A stretch of 64,000 nucleotides of DNA, taken from assembly GCA_965240465.1 (NCBI GenBank), contig OZ251219.1, positions 992,001 to 1,056,000 on the forward strand, read 5' to 3'. The notes under the pieces were generated by a model. It worked only from the letters and a program-made list of their open reading frames with translations. It did not search any database and was not told where the DNA came from. The stretch comes from a bacterium. GTDB lineage: Bacteria > SAR324 > JACQKK01. Positions 20,714-29,972 of this stretch are shown piece after piece. The position numbers and the translations under genes are program-made. The first letter of the stretch is position 1. Each line of letters begins with the position of its first letter.

Positions 20714-21517
20714 GTGTCTTCATCTGTTACCTTTAACATTTTTCGTGGTCAGCCCCAGACCGATAAAAATAACCGCCCTCTCAGCGGTAGCCAAGGACAA
20801 ATGCGTTCCTACACTACTCCATTGGAAAAGGGAATGGTGGTACTGGATGCAGTCCATGATATTCAGGCCTCCCAAGCCAATGATCTGGCAGTCCGATGGA
20901 ATTGCAAAGCTGGTAAATGTGGTTCCTGCAGTGCTGAAATCAATGGCAAACCTAGCCTAATGTGCATGACCCGTATGGATACTCTTGATACTACCCGCCC
21001 CATTAATCTCACTCCTATGCATCGCTTTCCTCTTATCAAGGACTTGGTTACTGAGGTCAAATGGAACTATGAGGTGGAAAAACGCATCCAGCCCTTCAAG
21101 CCTAGTGCTCCTCACTCAGATGGACGCCATCGCATGGAACAAAAAGATGTAGAACGAATACAGGAATTTCGCAAATGTATTGAGTGCTTCCTCTGCCAAG
21201 ACGTATGCCATGTCTTGCGCGATCATCAGCGTAGAGACTTCATCGGCCCTCGCTACTTGCTTAGAGTTGCCAATCTGGTGATGCACCCACTAGATACAGT
21301 TGACCGCTTAAAAGAACTAAAAGAATCCCAAGGCATAGGATTTTGCAACATTACCAAGTGCTGCACCGAAGTCTGTCCTGAAAATATCCACATAACCGAC
21401 AATGCCATCATCCCTCTTAAGGAGCGGGTAGCTGGACGCTTTTATGATCCTTTAGCAGGACTCTTCCGTATCTTAAGGAAGAAACGCATCCAGCAAAGAA
21501 AAACTGCAAATGTTTAA
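20714..21517 (+). CDS. sdhB: Succinate dehydrogenase/fumarate reductase iron-sulfur subunit
   Basis: CKAGKCGSC..C, CIECFLCQDVC, CNITKCCTEVCP clusters. Confidence 0.93.
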   Translation: MSSSVTFNIFRGQPQTDKNNRPLSGSQGQMRSYTTPLEKGMVVLDAVHDIQASQANDLAVRWNCKAGKCGSCSAEINGKPSLMCMTRMDTLDTTRPINLTPMHRFPLIKDLVTEVKWNYEVEKRIQPFKPSAPHSDGRHRMEQKDVERIQEFRKCIECFLCQDVCHVLRDHQRRDFIGPRYLLRVANLVMHPLDTVDRLKELKESQGIGFCNITKCCTEVCPENIHITDNAIIPLKERVAGRFYDPLAGLFRILRKKRIQQRKTANV

Positions 21518-21529
21518 CTCACTAACTCA

Positions 21530-22510
21530 CTAAGTTGCAAAGGCCGCTTCATTTCTACTAAATAGCCAGAGGGCTACCATGTTTTTGGGGTCTTGCCAGT
21601 GTTTCTCAATTTGCCAGCCTGATTGCTGGGCCAACTGCTGAACTGATTGGTAGTCGTATTTGTAGGTATTCTCAATATGGATGTCTTCTGATTTTGAAAA
21701 ATTAAAAATTTTATCCAGCACCCGTACACGTTGGGAAAGCAAGCTTACAATACGTATCTCAATACGCTCCAACTCCTTGTTGTAGCGAGCTTGATGAGTA
21801 AATTTTGTAAGGTCAAAGTCAGCGTTAAGCTCGCGGTTAATACGGGTCAAGAGATTGAGACTAAAGCTTTTTGTTATTCCAGCCTTGTCATCATAGGCAG
21901 CCAGCATGGTTTTGGTGTCTTTCTTAAGATCCGTTCCCAAGATGAACAAAGAATTTGCTCCCAACAACTTGCCGGCATTCCTAAGAAAGTTTTGGGCTTC
22001 TAAAGGGAGAAAATTACCAATGGTTGAACCAGGGAAAAATCCCAAATAGCCTTGGCACTCGGGTAGATTGCCGGGTAGGAAGGAAACGTCCGTGAAATCT
22101 GCAGCCAACGGTTTAACCAGAATATCAGGATGTAGGCCATAAAATTTCTTGGCAGAATCTTCTAGAAAATTTCTTGAAATATCAATGGGTATGTAGACAG
22201 ACGGTTCATCCATGGCATCAAGGATGAAACCCGCTTTGCGACTGGCACCACTGCCGAATTCCACTAGTGCTGTTTTGGGCTTGATAAGACGAGTAATATC
22301 CTGGGCGCGAGTACGTAGCAAATCAATTTCCACCCGGGTGAGATAATATTCGGGTGTTTTGGTGATATCCTCAAAGAGTGCTGAGCCTCGTTCATCGTAG
22401 AGAAAGCGAGAGGGTATTTTTTTTGGATCAGCAGACAATCCAGCTAGTACTTCACTGGAAATATCATCTTCTAGGTGATCATCTAATTGGGGCATGGTCG
22501 CAGTTTTCAT
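21530..22510 (-). CDS. egtD: L-histidine N-alpha-methyltransferase (ergothioneine biosynthesis)
   Basis: LYDERGSALFEDIT..PEYYLTR, VEFGSG, FFPGSTIGN, AYDDKAGIT; ATGA overlap with egtB. Confidence 0.93.
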   Translation of the reverse strand: MKTATMPQLDDHLEDDISSEVLAGLSADPKKIPSRFLYDERGSALFEDITKTPEYYLTRVEIDLLRTRAQDITRLIKPKTALVEFGSGASRKAGFILDAMDEPSVYIPIDISRNFLEDSAKKFYGLHPDILVKPLAADFTDVSFLPGNLPECQGYLGFFPGSTIGNFLPLEAQNFLRNAGKLLGANSLFILGTDLKKDTKTMLAAYDDKAGITKSFSLNLLTRINRELNADFDLTKFTHQARYNKELERIEIRIVSLLSQRVRVLDKIFNFSKSEDIHIENTYKYDYQSVQQLAQQSGWQIEKHWQDPKNMVALWLFSRNEAAFAT

Positions 22511-23802
22511 GTGAGATCCTTTGCCATTCTTAGTCCGCTAAACATCCATCGTTGCTGGGGATAATAAAAATTACGATAACTCACTCGCATATGATCAGCA
22601 GGAGTAACACAACATCCACCCTTCAAAACAAATTGACCACACATGAACTTGCCATTGTACTCACTCAACATATCTCCTTCGCACTCAAAACCAGGGTAGG
22701 GGCTATAAGGAGATCCAGACCACTCCCACAAGTCACCATACATCTGTAACAGGCTATTTTCGCCAGATTTTACAGCCCGTCCTGCCCGCAATCGACCACT
22801 ATCCACAAAATTTCCTGCTATGGATAAATCTTGAGCAGCAGATTCCCACTCATGCTCTAATGGAAGTCGCTTTCCCGCCCAACGAGCAAAGGCATCGGCC
22901 TCAAAATAGCTTATGTGGCTCACGGGGGCTTCATTATCAATTGCTTGAAGTCCGCACAGGCTCATCTGCTGCCATTGGCCTTCATGTTTTTCCCAATAAC
23001 AAGGGGCACACCAACCCTCACTACGGACCGTCGCGATGCCATCAGACAGCCAAAGAGTAGGATTTCCATAGCCATTGTCCTGCATGAACTCCAACCACTC
23101 CCCATTGGTTACCAAGCGGTTGGCTAAGCGAAACGGACGCAACAGTACTTGATGGCGAGGTTTCTCACAATCATAGGCAAAGGTTGAGTTTTTATTTCCC
23201 GTTTCTGCCCCGACATCATAAATACCGCCCTCAAACTCTAGCCATTCTAGCGGGGGTGCTCCAATATCAGGGGCGGGCAATGGTTTGGGAGCTTGAAAGG
23301 CTGGCTTAATAGGGTTTTGTGCCAGCAGGTGTAGGATATCCATTAACATTAATTCTTGATGCTGCTGTTCATGATGACAGCCGATCTCTAAAAAGCCTCC
23401 GACATCTACTCTTGTTTCTAGCAGCTCTGCCATTGTTTCATCCACTTGGCGGCGATAAGCATAGACCTCCTCTACTGAGGGGCGGGTGATCATTCCGCGG
23501 CGAGAACGTGTGTTGCGAGGCCCTATGGATTCGTAGTATGAGTTGAATAAGAAGGCATAGTTATCATCAACTACGCGGTAGTTGGACAGGTATCTTTTCA
23601 GGATAACAGCCTCAAAAAACCAGGTGGTATGTGCCAAGTGCCATTTGGTAGGGCTGGCGTCGGGCATGGATTGGACTGTCATATCGCTGTCAGAAAGGTG
23701 GCTAGACAGAGCTTCGCTTTGTTGGCGTACTTGTGAGTAACGTTTCAGCAACAGGGATTTTTCGGCGGGTAAAGCAGATGAGCTGGATGGAGCAACAGAC
23801 AT
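22507..23802 (-). CDS. egtB: Ergothioneine sulfoxide synthase
   Basis: QSMPDASPTKWHLAHTTWFFE, FNSYY, HEQQHQE iron motif, FGE-sulfatase domain, EYNGKFM; ATG 23802 preferred. Confidence 0.94.
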   Translation of the reverse strand: MSVAPSSSSALPAEKSLLLKRYSQVRQQSEALSSHLSDSDMTVQSMPDASPTKWHLAHTTWFFEAVILKRYLSNYRVVDDNYAFLFNSYYESIGPRNTRSRRGMITRPSVEEVYAYRRQVDETMAELLETRVDVGGFLEIGCHHEQQHQELMLMDILHLLAQNPIKPAFQAPKPLPAPDIGAPPLEWLEFEGGIYDVGAETGNKNSTFAYDCEKPRHQVLLRPFRLANRLVTNGEWLEFMQDNGYGNPTLWLSDGIATVRSEGWCAPCYWEKHEGQWQQMSLCGLQAIDNEAPVSHISYFEADAFARWAGKRLPLEHEWESAAQDLSIAGNFVDSGRLRAGRAVKSGENSLLQMYGDLWEWSGSPYSPYPGFECEGDMLSEYNGKFMCGQFVLKGGCCVTPADHMRVSYRNFYYPQQRWMFSGLRMAKDLT

Positions 23803-24039
23803 AATTATTTCACCAGGATAAATGAAAAGAAAAAGGTAAATTAGGGGGTGCGGGTAAATAAACTTGCTTCGGTCCTGGGATGAGGGTGAATAAGCAATCG
23901 TACACTTAACACTACCAAGAAGCATTCTTTGTAGTAATTTGAATAATGCGGTAGAAGTACTGCGACTATATTATGTTCAACATGGCTTATAAAAGACCGA
24001 TAGATCCAATTTTCTATTAATATCATACCAGTTATATGG

Positions 24040-24987
24040 TTGGGAGAATTAATTAAAAAAATGCAAGCAAGAGATAAAGGTTTTGAGCTACTGGTGAAAA
24101 AGTTTAGGGACTCATATGTGGTTGGTAAAGATCGCACTATAACCCCTAAGAATGTGTATCAGCCTGCGGTGAATAAATTTCGTGAATTACTTCATAAGAC
24201 AATTAGTGTGTATTTGTTGCCGGGTTCAAAGATTGAGGGGCTGGAGAACTTGGATGACTGTTTTGAAAAACTGGCAGCCAAGCAGAGTGTGCTATGGTTG
24301 CCCGAGCATCGGGGCAATATGGATGTTACCTCCTTTTACGTGTTGCTGGAAAGAGAGCATCCTCGCTACCAAGCTCTGCTGGAGAAGCTGGTGTACGTAG
24401 CTGGAAGGAAGCTAAATGAGTTGTCGGAATTAGTGAACATGTTCACCGAACAATATTCCCGATTGGTGGTTGTCCCACGCAGAGACTTATTACTTGCAAA
24501 GATCTCGCAATTTTCTACCAATCAAGAAGGATATCAGCGATTTCTCAAGGACGCCCAGCAAATTAACTTGGCGGCGTTTCGGCAGCTGCTACGCATAAGG
24601 AACCGCGGGTACGTGGTTGTTCTATTTCCCCTAGGAGGCAGGTGGAAACCCAATGTAGACAATGTTCCCGTGCGAGAAACTATTTCTTATATGGAAAGAT
24701 TTGATTGGGCTTATCCGATCAGTATGGATGGCAATACCATGCCCACTGGGGAAAAAATGGAAGATGAAAGACCAGTCCATGACAAAGTAGTATTTCGGGT
24801 CGGGAAGCCCTTGAATTGTCGTGAGTACTTAGCCGATCGGCGTAAGCTATTTGATGAAGCCCATAAGCAAGTAGGTAATCAAGCAGGGGAAAATCTAGAG
24901 AAGCCAGATTTTGAGCAGCATACCGCCAATGAAATAATCCAGCTACTAGAACAGCTACGCACCACGGGAGATTACCAGCTGGTCTAA
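24040..24987 (+). CDS. Glycerol-3-phosphate acyltransferase, soluble plastid/chlamydial/spirochaete-like type
   Basis: HxxxxD motif (EHRGNMD), LVYVAG, FPLGGR; no obvious transmembrane helix. Confidence 0.7.
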   Translation: MGELIKKMQARDKGFELLVKKFRDSYVVGKDRTITPKNVYQPAVNKFRELLHKTISVYLLPGSKIEGLENLDDCFEKLAAKQSVLWLPEHRGNMDVTSFYVLLEREHPRYQALLEKLVYVAGRKLNELSELVNMFTEQYSRLVVVPRRDLLLAKISQFSTNQEGYQRFLKDAQQINLAAFRQLLRIRNRGYVVVLFPLGGRWKPNVDNVPVRETISYMERFDWAYPISMDGNTMPTGEKMEDERPVHDKVVFRVGKPLNCREYLADRRKLFDEAHKQVGNQAGENLEKPDFEQHTANEIIQLLEQLRTTGDYQLV

Positions 24988-25006
24988 AGTCATTTGCGGG
25001 TATTTT

Positions 25007-25438
25007 TTGGCGTATTTTTTTCGTATTCTGACCAGTAAAATAGAGATGCTCACTTGGATGATCGGAATTAAGACCTTGCTTAGTCTGGGTTCTATTCTGC
25101 TGGTATATGGTAGTTTGATGCGTACCGCTAATCCGTCGTTGCATCGGCCGCTGATGTGGTGCTCGCTGATGTGTTGCTTGGCAGGATTTACATTGCTTCT
25201 GGGTGTTTGGCAATGGTTTCCTCCTGAGGCTAATTTGTGGGTGCATGTGGTGATAGGTGAGCAGCATATTGCTACCTTACTGTTTACCCAAACAATACTA
25301 TTGGGCTGGGGAGTGGCATGTCTAGCTATCCAAACGGTCATTGATGTCAAGAGAGGATCGTTTTCTTTTTTATTTTATCGGCTGGGTGTTCCTAGTTGGT
25401 GGTTAGCTTTTATCAGTGCCATGTTGGTGTATCGCTAA
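25007..25438 (+). CDS. Hypothetical small multi-pass membrane protein
   Basis: About four hydrophobic segments; fills the gap on the same strand after the acyltransferase; start uncertain. Confidence 0.55.
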   Translation: MAYFFRILTSKIEMLTWMIGIKTLLSLGSILLVYGSLMRTANPSLHRPLMWCSLMCCLAGFTLLLGVWQWFPPEANLWVHVVIGEQHIATLLFTQTILLGWGVACLAIQTVIDVKRGSFSFLFYRLGVPSWWLAFISAMLVYR

Positions 25439-25498
25439 ATAAGTCCAGTATTAATTGAGGTATGTATTGAGGGGGATCTGGGTCGGTTGCCTGTCAAT

Positions 25499-26362
25499 TT
25501 AATCTAAGGGCGGGTCAGCAGCTTGGGGTTCAGATTGCTTAGACTGCAAGGGGTGGTTAACAGGATTGGAAGCTTCTCCCCGGGCTAGCGGCAGCCTTTT
25601 GGAAAGAGTTCCTTCTATTCTGCTCAATATCCCTAGTAGCCAGTTCAATTCGCGTTCATCTGGCTGTAGTCGGCGTAGCATGCGACGTACCAAGCCCGGC
25701 ACGGGGCGTGGTGTGCCACGGGCGTAAAATCCGCTCAGCCACAAGACTTTCGCCAGCAGAGTATCCAAAGTAGCCAGCTTTCCCATTGAAACCGAGGTCT
25801 GGTGAGGGTCAGCAGAAGGATGGGAATGTCCTGGTGTAATCATCCGACTGAGTTCAAACAGTGCCAACAGCACCGCCTGAGACAAATTAAAGGAGGGGTT
25901 TTCAATCAATGAAGGAATTCTTACCAGCAGGTGGCAGTGCTCCAATTGTGTTTGTGTTAGTCCGTGGTCTTCAGCTCCGAACAGCAGGGCAGTTTGCTGC
26001 AGAGGAGAACCACTCCAATCAGCCGCCCATTCAGTAAGCAACCAATGCCTGGGGCGATTACGCCCATGGCGGGCGGTAAAGCCGACCACCATTTGCATTT
26101 TTATCAGAGCGTCTTCCAGCTTATTATGCACGGTGGCAGTTTCTAATAGAGGAGCAGCCCAGCAAGCAGAGCTCTTAGCTTTTTCCCAATCTAGTCGCGG
26201 AGGATCTACCAAGTGCAGTTGGGAAAACCCCAGATTACTCATAGCACGAGCTACAGCTCCGATGTTTAAGCTGTTTCCAGGTTCTACCAGCACTACATGA
26301 ATATGGCGAAAAAGTTGGTGACTGGATTCGGCTAGTGATCGGTCAGTTAATGAAGATATCAT
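25499..26362 (-). CDS. trmJ: SPOUT RNA methyltransferase, TrmJ/LasT family
   Basis: VVLVEP..NIGAVARAMSNLG, ALLFGAEDHGL, PSFNLSQAV. Confidence 0.85.
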   Translation of the reverse strand: MISSLTDRSLAESSHQLFRHIHVVLVEPGNSLNIGAVARAMSNLGFSQLHLVDPPRLDWEKAKSSACWAAPLLETATVHNKLEDALIKMQMVVGFTARHGRNRPRHWLLTEWAADWSGSPLQQTALLFGAEDHGLTQTQLEHCHLLVRIPSLIENPSFNLSQAVLLALFELSRMITPGHSHPSADPHQTSVSMGKLATLDTLLAKVLWLSGFYARGTPRPVPGLVRRMLRRLQPDERELNWLLGILSRIEGTLSKRLPLARGEASNPVNHPLQSKQSEPQAADPPLD

Positions 26363-26553
26363 GAGTATTAATATAGTTTATGATTAGCAATCAGCAAGTT
26401 TAAGACAGTGAGCATTAGAAAAAACATAGCAAAGTAATGGATAAACAAACTGACCGAAAGAAGTTCAACTATGGTATTGGTATTTCATCATTTTAGGAAT
26501 GGTAAGTACTTTTTTGCAGACTTGTTTTTAGAGCTCTTTTTAAGATTGGACTA

Positions 26554-26922
26554 ATGGCTACTGGGCAGAAAAAATCATCAACCGGTTCCATCAAGAAAAG
26601 AAGTCCTCAGGCACTGGATGAACTTGAAAATCAGGTTGAAGGTGTAGCTGAATATAGGGCTACAGAAGAGAATATTATCAGGGAGCGTTATCAGGCACGT
26701 GATCTTCGTCGTAGTAAGTGGTGGCAGAGGCAGCTGGCGGCGGGGCGTTGTCATCATTGTGGTGGTGAATTTCTTCCTAATCAGCTGACCATGGATCATT
26801 TACTGCCCTTGTCACGAGGAGGGCGTAGCCAAAAGGGCAATGTGGCACCTTCTTGTGCTGGGTGTAACATTCAAAAGAAGAATAAGCTACCATGGCATGA
26901 TCCCAGTCAAAATGACGCATAG
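26554..26922 (+). CDS. Small HNH endonuclease
   Basis: CHHC...TMDHLLPLSRGG...N...CAGCN..K zinc-HNH signature. Confidence 0.88.
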   Translation: MATGQKKSSTGSIKKRSPQALDELENQVEGVAEYRATEENIIRERYQARDLRRSKWWQRQLAAGRCHHCGGEFLPNQLTMDHLLPLSRGGRSQKGNVAPSCAGCNIQKKNKLPWHDPSQNDA

Positions 26923-27118
26923 AATAATAAGTAATATGCAAATGTTTAGCGTACCCAATTATAATGTATTCAGGTTAATTTTGCGTTCTCTTCAATAAAA
27001 GAACAATTGTATATTTATCATTTTAATTATAATAAAGGGACTAACAATGAAGTTCTTGGCATCAGTAAAAAAGCAGTTGTTTCTAATTATTTTTTGAATT
27101 ATTCATCCAATAGCTGTT

Positions 27119-27147
27119 TTTTATGATACACATTGTGTATCATAAAA
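27119..27147. promoter_or_regulatory. Perfect 29-bp palindrome, probable operator
   Basis: TTTTATGATACACA-T-TGTGTATCATAAAA (14-bp arms, 1-bp centre), ending 73 bp upstream of ATG 27221. Confidence 0.7.
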
Positions 27148-27220
27148 TCATAGGTGGTTTTTATCTTGGGATGCTTAACATTATTCAACTTAACTTTTAA
27201 CAAAGGAAGGCTACCATTCA

Positions 27221-27589
27221 ATGAAAGATTTGGAAGCAAAAAAGAACAAAGCCAAAGAGTTATTAAAAGAGGTACGCAGTCTTGCCAAGCGAGGCTTTAA
27301 TCAAGGTGAAATTTTAGATAAATTAGGCTTTAAGAATCCATTCACCCTCAATAACCATTTAGTAAAAGCTTCTCAGCTGGCAAAGATTCCCATTCCTCAA
27401 TTTGCTCAGCGACAAAAAGAAGGAGCTAAAAGAGAGGAATATGCCGAAGTTCGCCGCCGCGGCAAGGGCAACGCCTTTGGAGTAAATATTCCTCAAGAAC
27501 CACTAGAACGAGCAGGATTCACAGCTGGTGATAAGGTTCGCATCAAGGTAAGAAAACTGGCGGTTACCATTTCTAAGCTAGAAAAATAA
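27221..27589 (+). CDS. Putative DNA-binding protein: N-terminal helical/HTH-like region plus C-terminal AbrB/MazE/SymE-like domain
   Basis: GKGNAFGVNIPQEPLERAGFTAGDKVRIKV fits the swapped-hairpin pattern; very basic; AAGGAAGG RBS. Confidence 0.65.
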   Translation: MKDLEAKKNKAKELLKEVRSLAKRGFNQGEILDKLGFKNPFTLNNHLVKASQLAKIPIPQFAQRQKEGAKREEYAEVRRRGKGNAFGVNIPQEPLERAGFTAGDKVRIKVRKLAVTISKLEK

Positions 27590-27626
27590 ACAGGCTGCTG
27601 TTATTTTCCATACCTTGCCTGTACGA

Positions 27627-28304
27627 TTAATCTTTCTGAGCCTTCTCTCGCTGATGTTGAAGCATAATTCTGCGTACATCGGTTGCTAAGCCTCCCAGCT
27701 TTTGGGCGTGCAATATATCATGCCCAGATACCCGCGGAGGATGGGCTTTTATCACCAACACTCGGCGACGCTCCTCTGGTACTCCTAGCGAAAGATACCA
27801 CTCTTGCAGAGCACTAAGAGATTGATGCAGTCGGCGGACTGACTGGGATTTAGAGGTAGATGGTCTGGGAATCACAATCAAATTAACAGAGCATGCTAAT
27901 TCTTGGGCACCACTCCAGTTAGGAAAACCACGTAAAGCATCTTCTCCTAGGACCCAGTGCCAGCGTACACCCGGGGCAAGTTTTTTCAGCTTCCTAAAAG
28001 TGTCCAGGCTGTATGAGGTATCGCTTTGCTTTATCTCTTCCTCCCAAAGCTGTACCCCCGGCAAGCGTCCAACGACAACCCGTAGCATCTTCAAGCGTAG
28101 TGCTGCAGGTAAATAATCATCTTTGTGTTTCCAAGGCGAACAACCAGTAGGCACTACCAAAAGCTGGTCTACATCTATTAACTGACTGACCTGCTCCATT
28201 ATAAATTCATGACCCAAATGCACTGGATTAAAAGAACCTCCAAATACCGCCCACCTAGGTTGCCTCCCGAGCACCTTTAATTGAGGAATGTGTAATGTAG
28301 CCAC
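27627..28304 (-). CDS. nadD: Nicotinate-nucleotide adenylyltransferase
   Basis: AVFGGSFNPVHLGH, SPWK, SYSLDT, LGED..FPNW. Confidence 0.88.
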   Translation of the reverse strand: MATLHIPQLKVLGRQPRWAVFGGSFNPVHLGHEFIMEQVSQLIDVDQLLVVPTGCSPWKHKDDYLPAALRLKMLRVVVGRLPGVQLWEEEIKQSDTSYSLDTFRKLKKLAPGVRWHWVLGEDALRGFPNWSGAQELACSVNLIVIPRPSTSKSQSVRRLHQSLSALQEWYLSLGVPEERRRVLVIKAHPPRVSGHDILHAQKLGGLATDVRRIMLQHQREKAQKD

Positions 28305-28458
28305 CTGTCATAACCTTCTGAATAGAATTATAATACGTTCTACTGAAAAATTGAGATCTTTTGTCGGAGTACAGAGTTATCTTTGGTTTTAGAACAGGGA
28401 TAATATACAATGAGGCTATCTTTGGTAAAAATGTAATTCTTTTAGAGAAATTTGACCG

Positions 28459-28719
28459 ATGGATGAGTCCCAAAAAAAAGAGGTGAATGTGCGTCCTCAC
28501 TCGGTACGCCCCCTGTGGTTGAGTAATGAACGATGGCAAGAGTTGGTGTCGCGGACAAAGCCGAGCTGGAGCATGTGTGCTTCAGAAGAGGAATGGCTGG
28601 CAAAGCTAAAATATTTGCGAGCTGGGCAGGACAAGTTAAGCGATTCTGATTTCCAAGAGCGTGAACTGCGTTTGGTGCGGGCTTGGGTGATGCGTCCTGG
28701 GGCTAGGGCTAGGCGGTAA
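28459..28719 (+). CDS. Hypothetical protein (86 aa)
   Basis: ATG-initiated ORF filling the gap directly upstream of the lolE-like gene; no motif recognised. Confidence 0.6.
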   Translation: MDESQKKEVNVRPHSVRPLWLSNERWQELVSRTKPSWSMCASEEEWLAKLKYLRAGQDKLSDSDFQERELRLVRAWVMRPGARARR

Positions 28720-28747
28720 TTTTATAGCAGAGAGAGGAAGCCTCAGC

Positions 28748-29956
28748 ATGAAATTATCTGCTTATATCGGTTGGCGGTTCTTACGTTCTAAGCGTGAGCA
28801 TCGCATGCTGGGTTTGCTAGCTTGGGTATCCTTGGGGGGGGTGATGTTGGGGGTAGCTGCATTGGTGGTCAGTACCACTGTGTTGGAGAGTTTTAGGCAT
28901 CAGTTACTGGAATCTACTTTTGGCATAAATGGTCATGCTTGGGTTAAGAGCCAAGCACCTTTCAGTCTCACAGAAGCGGAAGTTTTAAGTCGCAGGCTGA
29001 ATGAACTTGATGAAGTACGCTCTGCAGAACCTTATGTGTTACGGGAGGCTTTTTTGCAGAGAAAAAGCGGAGGTTTTCAAGCAGTACAATTGCGAGGGCT
29101 ACAAGCAGTACAATTCCGAGAATTGCAGCTAGAGCAACAGGGGCAGGCATTGGCTGAGGCAGGCAAATCAAAAGAGCTGGCGGCTAGTGATTCTGGCAGT
29201 GTTCTACTTAGTGTCCCATTAGCACAACAATTGGAGCTGGGTAGAGGTGATTCTCTACGCCTAATTTCTACCACCACTCGGGTGAGTCCACTGGGACCGC
29301 TACCCTTTATCAAGCAATTTAGCTTTGCAGGGGTGATTGACACTGGAACTGAAGAGGAATTAGCAGTTATATCGCTACAAGATGCTCGTATGCTTTATGG
29401 GCTGGGAGAACGCGTGGATGGAGTAGCTTTGCAATTGGAAGAACCTTTGGAAGTGGATCTAAAGCCCCTGAAATTTATTGCCTTGGGCTATCAAGTTAGT
29501 TCTTGGGCTGATGTTCACAAAGCCCTGTTTCAGGTGATGAAGTTGGAACGATTGGGTTTGTGGTTGGTATTATCATTGATTGTTTTGGTGAGTTTGGTTA
29601 ACATTTCGGCTTCTTTGGCAATGATGGTTCAAGAGAAACGGGGTGCCTTGGCGGTGTTGACCACCTTGGGTGGAAGTCAATCTTTGGTGGGCGGAGTATT
29701 TGTACGGCAGGGAATATGGATTGGCTTGGTGGGGAGTATGGGCGGCTTGGCTTTGGGAATGTTGTTCAGTGCGGGGTTTGTCGCTTGGACGAATGCTTAT
29801 TTGAGAGAATCCTTTTCGGAGTTATCTCTCAGCTGGGACTGGTGGAGCATGGCTGGGCTGGCAACTGCAGTGATGGCATTGAGTATCCTAACGGGAGTCT
29901 GGACCGCTAGGCAGGCCATGCACACCCAGCCTGCCGATGTTTTGCGGGAGTACTAG
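28748..29956 (+). CDS. Lipoprotein-releasing ABC permease, LolC/LolE (FtsX-like) family
   Basis: YIGWRFLRSKR..LGVAALVV N-terminus, periplasmic domain, MMVQEKRGALAVLTTLG, PADVLR end. Confidence 0.85.
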   Translation: MKLSAYIGWRFLRSKREHRMLGLLAWVSLGGVMLGVAALVVSTTVLESFRHQLLESTFGINGHAWVKSQAPFSLTEAEVLSRRLNELDEVRSAEPYVLREAFLQRKSGGFQAVQLRGLQAVQFRELQLEQQGQALAEAGKSKELAASDSGSVLLSVPLAQQLELGRGDSLRLISTTTRVSPLGPLPFIKQFSFAGVIDTGTEEELAVISLQDARMLYGLGERVDGVALQLEEPLEVDLKPLKFIALGYQVSSWADVHKALFQVMKLERLGLWLVLSLIVLVSLVNISASLAMMVQEKRGALAVLTTLGGSQSLVGGVFVRQGIWIGLVGSMGGLALGMLFSAGFVAWTNAYLRESFSELSLSWDWWSMAGLATAVMALSILTGVWTARQAMHTQPADVLREY

Positions 29957-29972
29957 CTCATTATAATGCTAA

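Noticed and set aside
23803-24039. Possible SAM or sulfur riboswitch upstream of egtB
   Set aside because: No recognisable riboswitch consensus; an Infernal/Rfam scan would be needed to exclude it formally.
24719-25350. Minus-strand ORFs of 182 and 131 aa, and the many other short antisense or alternate-frame ORFs in the track
   Set aside because: Shadow frames overlapping better-supported genes, with no motifs.
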